Origin: a virus
Reading direction: 5' to 3' (one strand)
IMG/VR virus record: IMGVR_UViG_3300035670_000033
Span: 64,001 to 128,000 of that record
DNA length: 64,000 nucleotides
The first letter of the stretch is position 1. The number at the start of each line of letters is the position of its first letter. Below the pieces are notes generated by a model, which saw only the letters and a program-made list of their open reading frames with translations, was not told the DNA's origin and did not search any database. Of this stretch, positions 62,761 to 64,000 are shown one piece after another. Both the position numbers and the translations under genes were made by a program.

Positions 62761-64000
62761 ATGGCACAAAAATTTCTGACAAATATTGACCTTAATCAGA
62801 ATCAGGTTATTAACGCCTCTTTTGAGGTTTTGGCAACCAACCCATCCACAAATCTTTTTGATGGTCGGATGTTTTTTGATAGCGCTGAAGGTGTTATCAA
62901 AATTTATGATGCTACTGCGACTGCATGGCGAAAAGTTGTTGCAGGTTACGATGGTGTAACTGCGGGTGTTATTTCTGGTGGCACACATTCTGTTGCTTTA
63001 ACAATCACCGAAGATAACGGTCAGATCACTGTCACCCCAAACCTTGCTGACGGAACCAATGCTGGTCTTCTTAGCGCTTCAGATTTTACGAAACTTGCTG
63101 ACTCTACAGCAGACGCAACCGCGAACAAACTGGTCATTCGTGATGGTGCGGGTAACGCAAAGGTTGCCACCCCAACAGATTCGGCTCATATTGCCACCAA
63201 GGGATATGTTGACGCCGCTCGTCAAGGTCTTGATGTTAAACAATCCGTAAGAGTTGCAACAACTGCACCAATTAACCTTGCTTCCGACCTTGAGGCTGGC
63301 GACACAGTAGACGGTGTAACACTTGTTGCTGGCGACCGTGTTCTCGTAAAGAACCAAAGCACCGCAACAGAGAACGGCATTTATGTTGCTGTTGCTTCGG
63401 GTGCGGCTTCTCGTTCATCTGACGCAAACGGAACAGCCGACACTGGCGAACTCAAGCCAGGAACTTTCACCTTCGTTGAAGAAGGTACAGTTAACTCGGA
63501 TAAGGGCTTTGTTGTTTCCACCAACGGCACTATCACGATCGGTGCTACGAATATTGAGTGGACACAGTTCTCTGGTGCTGGTTCGTTTGAGGCTGGCGAC
63601 GGACTCAGCCAATCAGGAAACACCATCAATGTTAACGTTGTATCTGATCGGACTGCGATCACTGGTGATGCGGTAGACATTGCTTCAACCTATGTTGGTC
63701 AAGCAAGCATCACGACCCTTGGCACGATCACAACGGGTGTTTGGAACGGCACAGACATTGCTGTTGCAGACGGTGGTACTGGCGCTTCAGATGCCGCTTC
63801 GGCACGAACAAACCTTGGTATCAAAACTACGGCAGGTGCTGTAACAACGAGTACCTCAACTCTTGCTCGTGTAGCAAGTCAAGGTTGTTCGGCTTCCGCT
63901 GCTGGAACCTCCACGACGACAGTTACCCACAACTTCAACACACTTGACGTCAGTGTGCAAATTGTTGAAGTTGCTGGCGGTGCAACGGTGTATGGTGATG
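62761..64000 (+). CDS. Tail fibre protein (partial, runs off window)
   Basis: Hand-translated MAQKFLTNIDLNQNQ...ATKGYVD...GLDVKQSVRVATT...GDRVLVKNQ..ATENGIY; open to the window end, absent from the ORF track. Confidence 0.8.
   Translation, partial: MAQKFLTNIDLNQNQVINASFEVLATNPSTNLFDGRMFFDSAEGVIKIYDATATAWRKVVAGYDGVTAGVISGGTHSVALTITEDNGQITVTPNLADGTNAGLLSASDFTKLADSTADATANKLVIRDGAGNAKVATPTDSAHIATKGYVDAARQGLDVKQSVRVATTAPINLASDLEAGDTVDGVTLVAGDRVLVKNQSTATENGIYVAVASGAASRSSDANGTADTGELKPGTFTFVEEGTVNSDKGFVVSTNGTITIGATNIEWTQFSGAGSFEAGDGLSQSGNTINVNVVSDRTAITGDAVDIASTYVGQASITTLGTITTGVWNGTDIAVADGGTGASDAASARTNLGIKTTAGAVTTSTSTLARVASQGCSASAAGTSTTTVTHNFNTLDVSVQIVEVAGGATVYGD

Noticed and set aside
1-64000. tRNA genes, inteins, introns or stop-codon recoding
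   Set aside because: Intergenic gaps are short and none folds as a cloverleaf by eye; terL, nrdJ and primase-helicase are of normal length and uninterrupted in the standard code. tRNAscan-SE was not run.

Overview
A 64-kb segment of a large, tailed dsDNA phage with a contractile tail (myovirus morphology), most likely infecting Actinomycetota (WhiB-family regulator, actinophage-type RuvC and primase-helicase, leaderless TANNNT-N5-7-ATG starts). No tRNA, rRNA, CRISPR array, integrase or transposase was recognised. Layout: (i) 1-14 kb replication, nucleotide and host-takeover genes: ParB-like, RuvC, WhiB, primase-helicase, DNA methyltransferase, class II RNR, and a phosphatase + HDAC-like deacetylase operon. 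(ii) 14-40.7 kb minus-strand head operon: portal-MuF fusion, HK97-type prohead protease and major capsid protein. About 18 kb of extra genes lie between protease and capsid. (iii) 40.7-47 kb plus strand: terminase large subunit, Rad52-like/PD-(D/E)XK recombination pair and a PAPS-reductase/nuclease/ParB cassette. (iv) 47-64 kb neck, sheath, tube, chaperone with a probable -1 frameshift, tape measure, baseplate, holin-like and tail-fibre genes. The standout feature is the insert in the head operon. It is an array of paralogous proteins carrying one of two short conserved N-proximal tags (R-C-P-x-G-x5-[QR]-[IF]-T-D-x5-C, or LG-x-PIGG...DGDGDG...EDN[IV]P). The tags typically follow a K-[A/G/S] site resembling the HK97 capsid cleavage site. 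The C-termini are variable and enzymatic: two HipA/PI3K-like kinases, a GNAT-like domain, two ADP-ribosyltransferase-like domains. Several are followed by a small partner gene. This looks like a capsid-packaged polymorphic effector system that does not use MuF as its carrier. It is mirrored by an early operon encoding matching 'eraser' enzyme classes. All family assignments are from motif recognition by eye; no database search was run.
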